A stretch of DNA of 64,000 bases from Ylistrum balloti (taxonomy: Eukaryota): assembly GCF_031769215.1 (NCBI RefSeq), contig NW_026782326.1, positions 779,432 through 843,431 of the forward strand, written 5' to 3'. The translations under genes and the position numbers were made by a program. Below are positions 1 to 13,035 of this stretch, piece after piece. A model generated the notes under the pieces. That model saw nothing but the letters and a program-made list of their open reading frames with translations, had not been told where the DNA came from and ran no database searches. Every line of letters begins with the position of its first letter. Positions within the stretch are counted from its first letter, which is position 1.

Positions 1-540
1 CCTAAAAATAAACAGGGACAGGTAGGTAACTAGACTGTATGTAGGGTCATTAGATTTCCCTAAAAATAAACAGGGACAGGTAGGTTACTAGACTGTATGT
101 AGAGTTAATAGACGTCCCTTAAAAAAACAGGGACAGGTAGGTAACTAGACTGTATGTAGGGTCAACAGATGTCCCTAAAAATAAACAGGGACAGGAAGGT
201 AACTAGACTGTATGTAGAGTCAATAGACATCCCTAAAAATAAACAGTGACAGGTAGGTAACTAGACTGTATGTAGGGTCAACAGATTTCCCTAAAAATAA
301 ACAGGGACAGGTAGGTTACTAGACTGTATGTAGAGTTAATAGACGTCCCTTAAAAAAAACAGGGACAGGTAGGTAACTAGACTGTATGTAGGGTCAACAG
401 ATGTCCCTAAAAATAAACAGGGACAGGAAGGTAACTAGACTGTATGTAGGGTCAACAGATTTCCCTAAAAATAAACAGGGACAGGTAGGTTACTAGACTG
501 TATGTAGAGTTAATAGACGTCCCTTAAAAAAAACAGGGAC
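1..540. repeat. tandem satellite, ~60-bp unit (ccctaaaaataaacagggacaggtaggtaactagactgtatgtag...) x ~9
   Basis: direct visual periodicity; unit variants alternate (gggtcattagatttc / agttaatagacgtc). Confidence 0.9.
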
Positions 541-763
541 GGGTTGGTTCTTCGGTGTCACAGCTTTTCTATTGACTACTAATTAGAGTAAAACAGACCA
601 AGTAGAAATTTTATATGATAGTATTTCAGTCTGTTATGAAGAGACACTTATGATTACATTCCCAAACTGCCAGTCATAGTTGATAATTAGTTATGTAGTT
701 ATGTTATGGAGCTGTACCATGTTTCTTTGTGTTTATGGAAGTACTTTTTTTTCATTTTATAAG

Positions 764-871
764 ATTCTGACAGATGAATACCTGAATGTATTGGGTGATT
801 CTAGTGGGAGTGTGTTTGCCCTCGGTGACTGTGCTGATATAGAGACCATGCCCCTCCCTTGTACAGCCCAG
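764..871 (+). CDS. alternative (type II) NADH dehydrogenase NDH-2/NDI1-like, internal exon (ILTDEYLNVLGDSSGSVFALGDCADIETMPLPCTAQ)
   Basis: acceptor ttttataag|ATT at 762-763, donor CAG|gtaagt at 872-873; peptide matches conserved second dinucleotide-binding region (FA(L/I)GDCA...LP.TAQ) of Ndi1/NDA/NDB family. Confidence 0.8.
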
Positions 872-1564
872 GTAAGTTATCAAACATTTCATGCTTCTGC
901 TATGAGATAATTATGACATAATCGTTTGACAAGTAAATTGTGAAATGTTAAGATTTTAGGGTCATTAATTAAAGTTCAAGACCATTGTTTCGATGGAAGA
1001 TGTTCTACAGGTTTCTTTTACAGTTGATTCAAGTATAAAAGTTTTCAGTTCACAAATACCTCTGAAGATTATACATGTTAGAATTGTTTTTAGAAAACTC
1101 CGTAATTTCTCTACTGACTTTATTTTGATGGCATGACAACCTGTGAATGTGTTAAACTACACCCTGACTTTGGAAGTACGTGGTCATTTGTTAATTGTAT
1201 AAAACTTCTCATATTGATATCAATATACCAGAGAGCATCAGGTGTCCTATACTTTTCTGCCTTCAAAATCAATTTTAGTGCAAAGATGCAGTCATTCTAT
1301 TTAGTTGGTAGTTTTGGCAGTAACTAAGAACTGGACCAGGATGTGGTTTACTTACTAGGAAACAAGTGTGATACAAAGGATCCTTTTTAAATCTTCAGCA
1401 TTAAGCTATAAAAATCAGACCCTTTCTTAACTTCAAAAATTTGAGAAATATTGGTTATTTTTTATCCAACATGTTTTTACCTGACCATGAATATAATTTG
1501 AATTATTCAAATACTTTATATAAGATTAGTGGGGTTATATGACTTTACTTAATTTCAAATGTAG

Positions 1565-1712
1565 GTTGCTGAGAGAGAAGGAAGGTACTTAGCAAATCAG
1601 CTAGCTAAATCTGATCCCAAATCTGAGCCATTCAAGTTCCAGAGTATGGGAATGCTGGCCTACATAGGTCGGTACCAAGGTCTCACAGATGTTCCACAGG
1701 TCAAAATGCAAG
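1565..1712 (+). CDS. NDH-2 exon (VAEREGRYLANQLAKSDPKSEPFKFQSMGMLAYIGRYQGLTDVPQVKMQ)
   Basis: acceptor aaatgtag| at 1563-1564; donor AAG|gtagga at 1713-1714; phase continues from previous exon (..TAQ|VAE..); matches Ndi1 QVAHQEGEYLA...PF.Y...G.LAY.G. Confidence 0.8.
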
Positions 1713-1961
1713 GTAGGAACTCCTACAATTTTCATACTTGTTTTTATGATCAGGATTTCATTTAGAGATGGAATTTTGTTTAGTCTTTAGAAAACTTGGC
1801 TACTTGCTATACAACTGAGAGATTCAATAAATGGCAGATGCTTTGTCAGCGTGAAGTTATTTTTTATATGTGTCTTGATTGAAAGAAAATATTCGATGTT
1901 TGAAATTGATGATAATATTTACAGTAATACTTCAAAAATATATGTTTTGTTATGATTTTAG

Positions 1962-2092
1962 GGTTTACCTCTTGGCTACTGTGGCGTTCAGCCTATCTCA
2001 CTCGTCTGGGAAGCTGGAGACTAAGGATGCAAGTACCACTGGATTGGTTAAAGACAATTCTCTATGGACGTGATGTGTCACGTTTTGAATGA
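1962..2092 (+). CDS. NDH-2 terminal coding exon (GFTSWLLWRSAYLTRLGSWRLRMQVPLDWLKTILYGRDVSRFE*)
   Basis: acceptor gattttag| at 1960-1961, phase 1 carried G; TGA stop 2090-2092; C-terminal WRSAYLTR..SWRNR...GRD.SR motif typical of plant/fungal NDA/NDB/Ndi1. Confidence 0.85.
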
Positions 2093-3126
2093 GTGTATAT
2101 TAGAATGTCATCAAGACTATTCTGTACAAATGCTGTGTCTGGATATGATTTAGGACTGTATGAAGAATTATTAGATAATTATTGGTATCAGATAGAGGAT
2201 GATCCTGTTTCTTCAAATTTTAATTTGAACAAACTTGAGTGATTGGAATTTCACTTTTTAAAATTTTTGCTTATTTCATCTACATTTGAATTTATTTCAA
2301 AAAATTGTTACTTTATGTAACATTGTAGGATTTTTTATTGTTTCAGTGATCGATATGTTGAGTGAGAGTAGTAGTAGTGTCATAATTGATCAAACGTGTA
2401 CAGTAGATAGTCTTTTGGGCTGTGGTAATATTCTAATCTCCTTATAATTTATTGATACTGTGCATGATCTAGTTCGCTGATAAAAATTACTTGTCAATTA
2501 CATGTGTTGTTGTAACTCCAGTTATCTCTCTGTAGGATGACTTTTTCTACAAAATTTTAAAAGCCATACTGTTCTTTGCTTAGATGACTATCCATTGTTG
2601 ATCTTTTGATATTGTATATTTTTAGTCTTTGATACAGATATATTCTTATACATGTTACGGGTTCTGTCGGGAGTTTTTTGCTCTGCCATCATGCATATGA
2701 ATTCCTTACAACTACATATTGACAAGACTAGATATATTTTGGTTACATACATACACCGGTGCAACAATTTCTGATCTTATACCAAATGTTTTAAAGTCCC
2801 CTACAGGTGGAAACGGGGAGTTTTAGTTATTCTCCCTGTCCGTCCCTGCATCTGTGAATGTAATATCAGCGCTCCAACAGCTCCATCAAACTTAACACAC
2901 TTCTAAATTATCAAATTATCTTGGACAAATTTCACTATTTTCTGGAAATTTATAAAACATCACAATGAAATAGCTTGTTGGGGCAGGTAGGGGAAATGTA
3001 TTGCTTCAGCAACACTTGATGAGCTTGTTTTTAACTAAAATCTATAAAAGCTACATGATTTTATTTACTGTGATATATATGCCTCATTTCCTTCAAATGA
3101 AGAATGTCTGGAACAAAGACATTCAA

Positions 3127-3340
3127 TTAATTTGACTGGTAGTTTGCCTTTGACTGAAATTTGAAATGAAGAATTCTGTCGATAATAAAGAAATTTAATG
3201 AATTTGATTGGAACTTTGCTTTGCTTTTGAAAGAAATTTCAAATGAAGAATGTCTGTCCATAATAAAGAAATTTAATGAATTTGACTGGAAGTTTGCTTT
3301 TGACTGAAATTTTCGACATGGACATATGAATATCAACTTG
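3127..3340. repeat. ~80-bp tandem repeat x3 (gactgg.agtttgc.ttgactgaaatttgaaatgaagaat.tctg.c.ataataaagaaatttaatgaatttga)
   Basis: visible direct repeats. Confidence 0.8.
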
Positions 3341-3989
3341 TTTCCCCATTGCTTGTTAGATGTTTTAAGAGCAAATCCTATTGAATAGAAGTTTTTGTAC
3401 CACAACCAGTTAAAATTATGTGTGATGTTATGAAGTCTTCACTGTTACCTTCATCAGTAAAAAATTATCAGTATCAAGTGTGTCTGTGTGTGGCTTTTTC
3501 AAATAAACCAATACTTTGTCATTTCCCTTCACAGGATGGGTGTCTAGTAAGCACATATCATCAATGATTTCTTCCTTGTATGAGAATTTGGTGGTATTTA
3601 CTGTATTGATCTAAGCATTCTAATATTAGTTTTTGTTGCCCTTCTTTAATTATCTCTAATATGTTGTCAACAGATCATTGCCTCGGCATTGGCGAAAGGT
3701 TGTGCTCTTTAGCAAAGATCTATCTATCTCCAAGCAGCTGCGAGTGATACTGAATGCTTTGTCAGTAGACTTCTTGGTAAAAAGAGACACAACATTGTGT
3801 GAAATGAATTCTAGATTCTTTTGACATACTTTCCGCCCGACCTTTTAAGTTTTGACATGATGGTGATTTCCAAACTCAGGTCCTTGAATGCCTGGAACCA
3901 AGGAGACCAGTGTAGTTCACAATGGTGTGCAATGTGTTTCCCTGTTTGTGGTTGTTGTGTGTGCAGTAGTTTCTAGGGGGAACACTTTC

Positions 3990-5420
3990 CACATATCTCA
4001 CTCAGTTCATAGTCAAATTCCGACTAAATCTGTCATAACTCTGAGTCAAATTCCGACTAAATCTGTCATAACTCTGAGTCAAATTCAGTCATAATCTGTC
4101 ATAACTCTGAGTCAAATTCAGTCTAAATCTGCCATAACTCCGAGTCAAATTCAGTCATAATCTGTCATAACTCTGAGTCAAATTCCGACTAAATCTGTCA
4201 TAACTCTGAGTCAAATTCAGTCATAATCTGTCATAACTTCTGAGTCAAATTCCGACTAAATCTGTCATAACTTCTGAGTCAAATTCCGACTAAATCTGTC
4301 ATAACTTCTGAGTCAAATTCCGACTAAATCTGTCATAACTCTGATTCAAATTCAGTCTAAATCTGTCATAACTAAGAGTCAAATTTAGTCTAAATCTGTC
4401 ATAATTCAGAGTCAAATTCAGTCTAAATCTCATAACTCTGAGTCAAATTCAGTCTAAATCTTTCATAAGAAGTCAAATTCTAAATCTGTCATTCAGTCTA
4501 AATCTGTCATAATTCCAATTCATATTCAGTCTAAATCTTTCATAACTCTGAGTCAAATTCAGTCTAAATCTTTCATAACTCGAAGTCAAATTCAGTCTAA
4601 ATCTGTCATTACTCTTAAGTCAAATTCCGACTAAATCTGTCATAACTCGGGAGTCGAATTCAGTCTAAATCTGTCATAATTCAGAGTCAAATTCAGTCTA
4701 AATCTGTCATAATTCCAATTCATATTCAGTCTAAATCTGTCATAACTCTGAGTCAAATTCAGTCTAAATCTGTCATTACTAAGAGTCAAATTTAGTCTAA
4801 ATCTGTCATAATTCAGAGTCAAATTCAGTCTAAATCTGTCATAATTCCAATTCAAATTCAGTCTAAATCTTTCATAACTCTGAGTCAAATTCAGTCTAAA
4901 TCTTTCATAACTCGAAGTCAAATTCCGACTAAATCTGTCATAACTCGGAGTCGAATTCAGTCATAATCTGTCATAACTCTGAGTCAAATTCCGACTAAAT
5001 CTGTCATAACTCTGAGTCAAATTCAGTCTAAATCTGTCATAACTCTGAGTCAAATTCAGTCTAAATCTGTCATAATTCCAATTCAAATTCAGTCTAAATC
5101 TTTCATAACTCTGAGTCAAATTCAGTCTAAATCTTTCATAACTCGAAGTCAAATTCAGTCTAAATCTGTCATTACTCTTAAGTCAAATTCCGACTAAATC
5201 TGTCATAACTCGGAGTCGAATTCAGTCATAATCTGTCATAACTCTGAGTCAAATTCCGACTAAATCTGTCATAACTCTGAGTCAAATTCAGTCTAAATCT
5301 GTCATAATTCCAATTCAAATTCAGTCTAAATCTTTCATAACTCGAAGTCAAATTCCGACTAAATCTGTCATAACTTGGAGTCGAATTCAGTCATAATCTG
5401 TCATAACTCTGAGAAAAAAT
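3990..5420. repeat. minisatellite ~1.4 kb, 22-24-bp unit (gagtcaaattcagtctaaatctgtcataactct and variants)
   Basis: continuous short-period repetition; spurious ORFs on minus strand. Confidence 0.9.
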
Positions 5421-6589
5421 TTGGTCTTAATCTGTCATAACTGTGACTGATCTTAGTTTGTGAATTAAATGATCCCTCCTAACAGACCTGCCCTCTATAT
5501 CAAAATAAAGTGGAATATACAAAACCTTGGGATAACAAACCAATTTATCCTCAGAGCTTAGATAAAAGTCTCGCAAGTGACATCTTGTTCTTACACTAAA
5601 TGTGTACAATAACATCAGAGAATAAATGACAGACCTCTTATTTATAAGTAAAAAGTTATGAAATAATCACATTTTATTAAATAAATGCTGTTTTACACCA
5701 TGACACAATTGGATTAGTTATGTATTTCCAAAACAACGTTTGGACTACTCACTGACATCTGTAAGTTTTAAGATCGCTGCCTTACTTAGATCTCTCATGC
5801 TACTGATAGAACCTACATATCGATGAGCATTAACAATAACCAGGGTTACACACACACATATACAATATAACTAGGAATGTACAGCTCTCTCCAGCAACAA
5901 ATCCTTTCACAACATTATGCATCAATCTCTTTTCTCAAAATATAGCATAATTAGTGAAACTGACACAAGATCTTTAAATTTGCTAAGTTCAAGGGCTCGG
6001 GAAAGAACTTGTTGACTGGATCCATATAAAATCTTGACCTGCATCTTCATGTTTCCCCAGTGCTACCTGCTTAAAATGATATATTCTATTTCCTAGAGGA
6101 ATTAAAATGATAGCTGGTATATCCTAATAACTTAACGAGGTGTTTAGAGGATGCTGATCTACAAACCAAATTCCAGTTTAATTTTTTTGCTTTAGTCAAA
6201 GATGTATAGGCTGAAACCAAATTAGGAACACTATTACCAAAATCCATTTCATGCCAAGGGATATAACAAGAGGCCTAGCAGCCTTGACAGTCACCTGAGA
6301 TAATGATATTTAATATAAAGGTTAAAAGAGAAGTTGCTTTCAAATGTCATGAAAAAGAAATTGTGACAATGAATATAATCAACCAGTGTCAATACCTGCA
6401 TACCATCAAAACTGTCATCCTATACTAATCATTCACACAAAGTTCTTTCCAGTGGGAAATAAACAATGTCATACTCAAAAATGCAATTTTTCTATGAAAA
6501 TAACAGTAAAGTTAACTTCCTCCCAAGGAAGAAATGAGATCCACTTGGTAATAAAAACACCTTAAGATGCTTCCCTTCATACAGAGCAT

Positions 6590-7150
6590 TTGATTCTACA
6601 ATATATGGGTGTGGAGAAGATGCTTGAAATTTAAGTCAATTTTACCTCTTTTGGCCCTGCCCATCAGCCCCAGCCCGAGGGTTATTCAGTTTGAATATGG
6701 GCATACATCAAACTGTCAGTCCTCGCTCATAATTCTAACCAAGATTGAAATATTTCCAATAGAAATAAAACAAATTATGCTCAAAAATCTATTTTTTGCT
6801 ATTTATTAACTACAGTAAACTTTACCCCCTCCCAAGGGGGAAACGTGAGACCTATGGATCATTAAATCCACAATTTTGTCAAAGCACTTTAGGATGCTTC
6901 CATCCATGAAGAGTACTTGATTCTACCATATCTGAGTGTTGAGAAGAAGATTTTTGAAACTGAAGTTAATTTTACCCCTTTTGGCCCTACCCTTCAGGTC
7001 CCTGTGGGTAGGGGACTGTGCAATTCACTATTTTGGTTCATCTTAGGCCAGAGGTGGTTTCTGCAAAATTTCATTGAAATATGTTTTTGAGAAGAAGTCA
7101 AAAATGTTAATTATAAAATTGTTTACAGATGTGCGACGCTAGACAAAGGT
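6590..7150. repeat. interspersed repeat family A (~550 bp, two internal half-repeats, motif ttttggccct...ccc..gggg), copy 1
   Basis: near-identical architecture to 24130-24660 and 31660-32200. Confidence 0.7.
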
Positions 7151-7699
7151 GATTGCAATAGGTCACCATGAGACTTTGTCTAATGATCAGGTGACCTAAT
7201 AGTTCATGATTGCAGTCAACAGGTAGTATTCAAATACATGTACAACGAGTAGAGCATTTGGTTTCTATGTCTGCAGTAAACTTTTTTTCTAGTTGAGAAA
7301 ATATCCACAAACCAGAAATAAAGTTGTCATAAATTGTCTAAATATTAATACCACAGAAAGCTTCATGCAAACCAGCATATAACTCACACCCCATCTTACA
7401 CCAGTAATTGATACTCTGGTTAGGCAGGATTACATCAAATTACAGAGGTTTTCATGGTACCACACAAATATCATATTTACAAATTAAATGGTAAAGAATG
7501 TAGTGATTCATCTACTCAGCTGTTAACACATAATTAGGTATATATTATAATACAAATCATACTGACAAAGAAATAACAACAAGAGGTCTATGGGTCTTAT
7601 CAGTCATCTGACTGTAAAGCTCTAAACACTGGTAAGCACTGGTAACAGCCGTATTAGTAGTGAGCAATTGTTAACAGACTAAAACAGTTAATTTCAAGT

Positions 7700-8420
7700 A
7701 AGTTTCAGCTAAATCCCTCTTGTGGAACTTTTTAAGAAGTTTAAAATGTGTTTATCAAGATGGTGGCCATATTGGATTTTGGGCTGATCTGAAAAATAAC
7801 AAAGCTTGGTCAGAGACATCTCGGAATCATTTCAAGCAGGATTCAGTTGGATACCATTGGTAGAACTTAGCAAGAAGTATAATAATGGTATTGTGAAGAG
7901 AATCAAGAATTCCACAATCATGTTACAATATGTCCGCCATGGCAGCCATATTGAACTTTTGACGAGTCTGAATAAACCCAACTCTTAGTCGTCTTTTTCT
8001 AAACATCCAAACCAATCTTCAGCTCCAAGGCACATGAAAAGAACATTAGAATATACTTTTCAAGAAGGCGTGCATACTTGATTTAGGAATGACCTGAACA
8101 AGTTTAAAATAGGTATTGTTCAGTGAAACCATGCTTGTGCAATCATGTGATAAAATGGATGACATGACTGTCATACTGAACTTTTGAAAAGGTAAAAAAA
8201 TAACCACACTTTGGCAGCATCGCTTCCAAGATGGCAGCCATACTGGACTATGAATATACCCGGAAAATAACAAAATTGGGTCAGAACCTTCTCGGGATCA
8301 TTTAAAGAAAGTTTCAGCTGAATCCAACATGATGAACTTGAGAAGAAAAGTTTATGCATGACGATGGACGAAACATGATGTTTAAAGATCATCCTGACCA
8401 CTTGGGTCAGATGACATAAA
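7700..8420. repeat. interspersed repeat family B (units with aagatggcagccat / atggcggccat motifs), 2-3 partial units
   Basis: shares long blocks with 23130-23830 (ccatgattgtg.aatcatgt...aaatgg...ttgacaaggtcgaaaaa...cactttg). Confidence 0.65.
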
Positions 8421-9179
8421 AATATCACAGGTTCACTTTCGAGTCTTTGATCACCAGGATTTTGTTCTACAAAAGTACAATCCATCCCCAGCAGTATTCT
8501 GTGACATCATGATAAAATTGTTGGGAAGTCTTGTTTTAATTCACCAACTTGACCAACAGATCCATGAACTCCTGCCAAAAGAATTTTTAACAACATTGAT
8601 AACACAATGCTTAGTAATGACTTGCATAGTTTCACTCAACATGACATTAATCTGCTGCAGTTGAAATACATTGTGTTACCATCATTATCTGAACACCAAC
8701 ATACTCTTTCAATTGCTGATGCTGTTTATCATGGTTTGAGGTTCCATTTGAGCTGACCTGAAAAGGTTACAATATTGGGGTCATCTGCCTGACCAAGTGG
8801 GCTTTCCCAGGTAGTCGGATTTCTTTCTAAATCAAGATCCCTTATACACTTCTATCCAGGAAAGAGTGATTATTATAAGCTTATAGCTTGTTTGCAATTG
8901 TGGTTAAATAAATTATATACACACACTTTATCTTGTATTGGAACAAGTTCTGTATCTATCATTGTTATTGGGCCACATAGACGAGAGCCGAGAACATCGA
9001 ATAACATGAAATGTTCGTTGTAACTTTCTCTTGTGAATTAAACATAAAAAAACATTTCAAGGGTAAAAACTGACCTTTCTGACTGACTTTGTGACATTTT
9101 TCAATACAAAATTAAAACTTCCAGGTATTACTGATTAACAAATATCTTTTATCGTCTTCCGGCCTTTTTAATTAACAAG

Positions 9180-9532
9180 TCAGAATGACTTTTCATTTAG
9201 AGCACAGAAAAGGTTCCAAGTGGCTGTGTGTAAAGTATGTCCCAGTTCTAATTCTCGGCAGAGCCGCTCATGTTCACTGTGGTTTTGAAGTTGCCACTTG
9301 TGAACATCTGACAGTTCCTCAGAAAGATGCAATGTCTCTGTGTGTCCTTGTGTAGAGTATAACTTGACAGTCAAGACATTGTTACAATTTATCTTGAATT
9401 CAATAGTTGTAAATCCTGCTTTGTCCAACTTCAAGGATTTTCCCTTTCGCTTCATGTAGATGATCTGGATTATCTTCAGAAACACAAGATAGGTTGCTAT
9501 CATGTTCTCACCAGATATCGAAGCTTGGCTTC
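9180..9532 (-). CDS. terminal coding exon of unknown gene (..GSQASISGENMIATYLVFLKIIQIIYMKRKGKSLKLDKAGFTTIEFKINCNNVLTVKLYSTQGHTETLHLSEELSDVHKWQLQNHSEHERLCRELELGHTLHTATWNLFCALNEKSF*)
   Basis: acceptor tttttctgtag| (AG at 9534-9533); long ORF to stop at 9180-9182; phase 2 start matches phase of upstream exon. Confidence 0.6.
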
Positions 9533-9599
9533 CTACAGAAAAACAAAAATTGTACAATGACACGTTGCCTTTGTAGTCAGTACAATTGAAACCCTGTGA

Positions 9600-9722
9600 A
9601 CTCTATTAATAAATACTAGCAGCTTCCTTAACACTCAGGCAGGGTGAACTCTGTCAATAAATACTAGCTGCTTCCTTAACACTCAGACAGGGTGAGCTCT
9701 GTCAATAAATACTAGCTGCTAC
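9600..9722. repeat. ~50-bp tandem repeat x3 (ctgtcaataaatactagctgcttccttaacactcagacagggtga)
   Basis: direct repeats. Confidence 0.7.
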
Positions 9723-10329
9723 CTAATCATTATGTCTGGAAGAACTGTAGTAAACACTAGCAGCATGCTACTGACTCACCCAGGAGAAATCTGGTAAAAA
9801 CTTTATTGACCCTAGTGATGTAGGTAAAAGGGAGTGCAGTGTCCACTACATTACACAACCTATTTATCAGAATCAATATAGTTACAGATGCTGGTCAATT
9901 TCAAATACAAGCTTTGACTAAATTGTCCCTTTAGCCTTAATTTGACCTATTAGGTCCCATTCTATTTACGGGGCACTTTCTTCTGTACACTGTCTGGTGT
10001 TTTTTTATCTCAATGGTTCAAATTCTCAAGGTTTTACCAAAAGCTAGATATGAAAGGGAGGTAACTATTGCTGAAGCCAAGAAGCTGACTATTGCTTTCA
10101 TTTAAGAACTTTTATGTTCGTGGCATCAATCTGCAGTTTCATTCCATACCTGATAACAAATAACAAAAGATAAAAAAATGAAAACAACCCTTTGAATAGC
10201 CTTTACAGTATACAACTTGAAGGAATGGTGATCTTTGGATCCTTGATCTGGTCTAAATCCCAATAACTAGTACAGAAGGAGTAGCTTTTTAATTCTTAAT
10301 TATGATGTGATTAAGGTTTGTATGCTTAC

Positions 10330-10429
10330 CTAAGGAGTAAAGACCTTGTAGCTTTAGTAGGTTGGTGATTTTGATGTAGGAAACACCGAGGGTTTGACAC
10401 AGCTCTGGGGTCAGTTCCCAGTAATGTCC
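10330..10429 (-). CDS. exon of same unknown gene (GHYWELTPELCQTLGVSYIKITNLLKLQGLYSL)
   Basis: acceptor ttgttcattag| (10431-10430), donor TTAG|gtaagc (10329-10328); phase 0 in / phase 1 out joins 9532 exon giving ..LYSL-G-SQASIS.. Confidence 0.6.
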
Positions 10430-10959
10430 CTAATGAACAAAGATATACACAATTATACAAAAATTGACAAAAGTAAAGACTTTTGCAGACATGGTAGAGA
10501 AGTCTTCAAAATACTAAAATTGGGTAAAATTGAGCTACAACTTTCTACAACTGAAAGTAGGTTACTGAAAACTCCTTACAAAATTAAACGACTACTGATG
10601 AACCTCTATGATTTGTAGGAAATTAAGCATGTAAAAATACAAACTTGAGTTGCAACTATCAGTGTTGACAGCAAAATTATGGTGTCGACCAAAATTCTCA
10701 TGAAGTGTTTTTAAGACATACTTAGCAAAATATTGGAACCAATGGAAACACTGCTATCCAAAATATTGTCAAGTATGTCAATATGTAATATGATTATTGT
10801 TTGAACGATTTACAAGTCAATCTTCTAGACTTGTATTCTTCAATAGTCTGGAAATTGTGATGAAAAAGCCATGCAAGCCTCAAAGAACATATGTCCGCTT
10901 GGGTGTTAGCAAAAGTATTGGCATATCAGTATGTCGAGTATGGATTGGCTATAGATAAG

Positions 10960-11350
10960 TGTTTTACTTAAACTGTATCATTGGCATGGATTGGCTATAG
11001 ATAAGTGTTTTACTTAAACTGTATCATTGGCATGGATTGGCTATAGATAAGTGTTTTACTTAAACTGTATCATTGGCATGGATTGGCTATAGATAAGTGT
11101 TTTACTTAAACTGTATCATTGGCATGGATTGGCTATAGATAAGTGTTTTACTTAAACTGTATCATTGGCATGGATTGGCTATAGATAAGTGTTTTACTTA
11201 AACTGTATCATTGGCATGGATTGGCTATAGATAAGTGTTTTACTTAAACTGTATCATTGGCATGGATTGGCTATAGATAAGTGTTTTACTTAAACTGTAT
11301 CATTGGCATGGATTGGCTATAGATAAGTGTTTTACTTAAACTGTATCATT
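10960..11350. repeat. 45-bp tandem repeat x ~9 (ggattggctatagataagtgttttacttaaactgtatcattggcat)
   Basis: perfect periodicity. Confidence 0.9.
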
Positions 11351-11589
11351 GGTGTTTAGAAACATATCTATATGTCTTAGAATTATTTATCTTTGTGCAA
11401 ATTTATACAGATATCCTTGATATAGTTATATTATCACAATGTAGTATGAAACACTGGGGCTTTTAGAGAGCTCTAGGTCTGTATGCACGATGTGACAGCA
11501 AATGAGATAAAAGAATCCAAACTGAATCAATGTACAATGTAAGAGATATATGTTCATGTCTAATTAGTGGTAACAACTGCTTACAATGG

Positions 11590-12170
11590 TCATTTTAAAC
11601 CTACTACCTACAGTGTTTACTGTCATAAAACCTACTACCTACAGTGTTTACTGTCATAAATTCTACTACCTACAGTGTTTACTGTCATAAAACCTACTAC
11701 CTACAGTGTTTACTGTCATAAAACCTACTACCTACAGTGTTTACTGTCATAAAACCTACTACCTACAGTGTTTACTGTCATAAAACCTACTACCTACAGT
11801 GTTTACTGTCATAAAACCTACTACCTACAGTGTTTACTGTCATAAAACCTACTACCTACAGTGTTTACTGTCATAAAACCTACTACCTACAGTGTTTACT
11901 GTCATAAAACCTACTACCTACAGTGTTTACTGTCATAAAACCTACTACCTACAGTGTGTTTACTGTCATAAAACCTACTACCTACAGTGTTTACTGTCAT
12001 AAAACCTACTACCTACAGTGTTTACTGTCATAAAACCTACTACCTACTACCTACAGTGTTTAGTGTTTACTGTCATAAAACCTACTACCTACAGTGTTTA
12101 CTGTCATAAAACCTACTACCTACAGTGTTTACTGTCATAAAACCTACTACCTACAGTGTTTACTGTCATG
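11590..12170. repeat. 32-bp tandem repeat x ~18 (acctactacctacagtgtttactgtcataaa)
   Basis: perfect periodicity. Confidence 0.9.
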
Positions 12171-12305
12171 GAGAGAAGTGCACATGGACCTGAAAAGTGT
12201 TGTTTTTATTGAGAAGTATAGATGCTCAAGTTATTTTTTAACAAACCTCACTGAGAACTGTACAAAACATTTATAAGATATCAATAAGATAAACCATTTC
12301 AGTAC

Positions 12306-12393
12306 CTGATGGATGTGTTGAAGGAGATCCTTAGTGTCAGGGGCTTTGGAAATCTTGCGTACAATGCCTTTCCAAATTCCAGCATCCTCAAAA
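12306..12393 (-). CDS. exon of same unknown gene (FEDAGIWKGIVRKISKAPDTKDLLQHIHQ)
   Basis: acceptor ttttttag| (12395-12394), donor CAG|gtactg (12305-12304); phases consistent with neighbours. Confidence 0.5.
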
Positions 12394-13004
12394 CTAAAAA
12401 ACAATGAAATTCATCCGAGTCAAAAGACCAATTTCAATATTTCAGTATTAGTGCAATTTGGTTATTTTTCCAGTAACTAGATGACATATATATATAAGTA
12501 TACATATCACTACTTGAATGCTACAAACACAGAGACTGTTATCTAAGTTACTAGATAATTACATATGTATGACGTCACCAGGTACAAAATTAAACACCTC
12601 ACATTATACTACAGTTCTCTATGTGAGCGGGTCATCAACCTGGTTTATCACCAAAATATTTAGATGCCTTGGGGATTTTGAAAAGCAATAGAATGATGTG
12701 TCTGGAGGAAACTGAAGTGATCTTGGGAAACATATTGATTAGAGTTCACAGAGATAGAAACATTCCATCTTTACATTGAGAACCACACATTCATGCTTTT
12801 GTACGCTGACCAGAAATGGTTGTCTTTTTCTAGAAAGTTATTTTGTGCCTCTTTCTTGTTACTGTTAGCATTCTGTCCTCCAGATTTTAAATAAATACTC
12901 ATAATTTTAGGGTTGACAGTCCTACGAAATATTGATAAAATCCTTGAAAATAACTAATATTCCATACATACCATACCTAGGGAGGTCCTTAATCTCATAC
13001 TTAC

Positions 13005-13035
13005 ATCTCAGAAACTGGCGAAGACACTGTTTCTC
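13005..13035 (-). CDS. short exon candidate of same gene (ETVSSPVSE..)
   Basis: acceptor gattttttttcag| (13037-13036) and donor AT|gtaagtat (13004-13003); phase compatible with 12393 exon; short, so weaker. Confidence 0.35.

Noticed and set aside
680-910. ORF 680-910 (+)
   Set aside because: It is the real NDH-2 exon (764-871) read through into flanking introns. The true boundaries are set by the acceptor at 762-763 and the donor at 872-873.
3127-5152. ORFs 3127-3405, 4640-4921, 4961-5152 (minus) with repetitive peptides
   Set aside because: They lie wholly inside minisatellite arrays, so the open frames are an artefact of short-period repeats.
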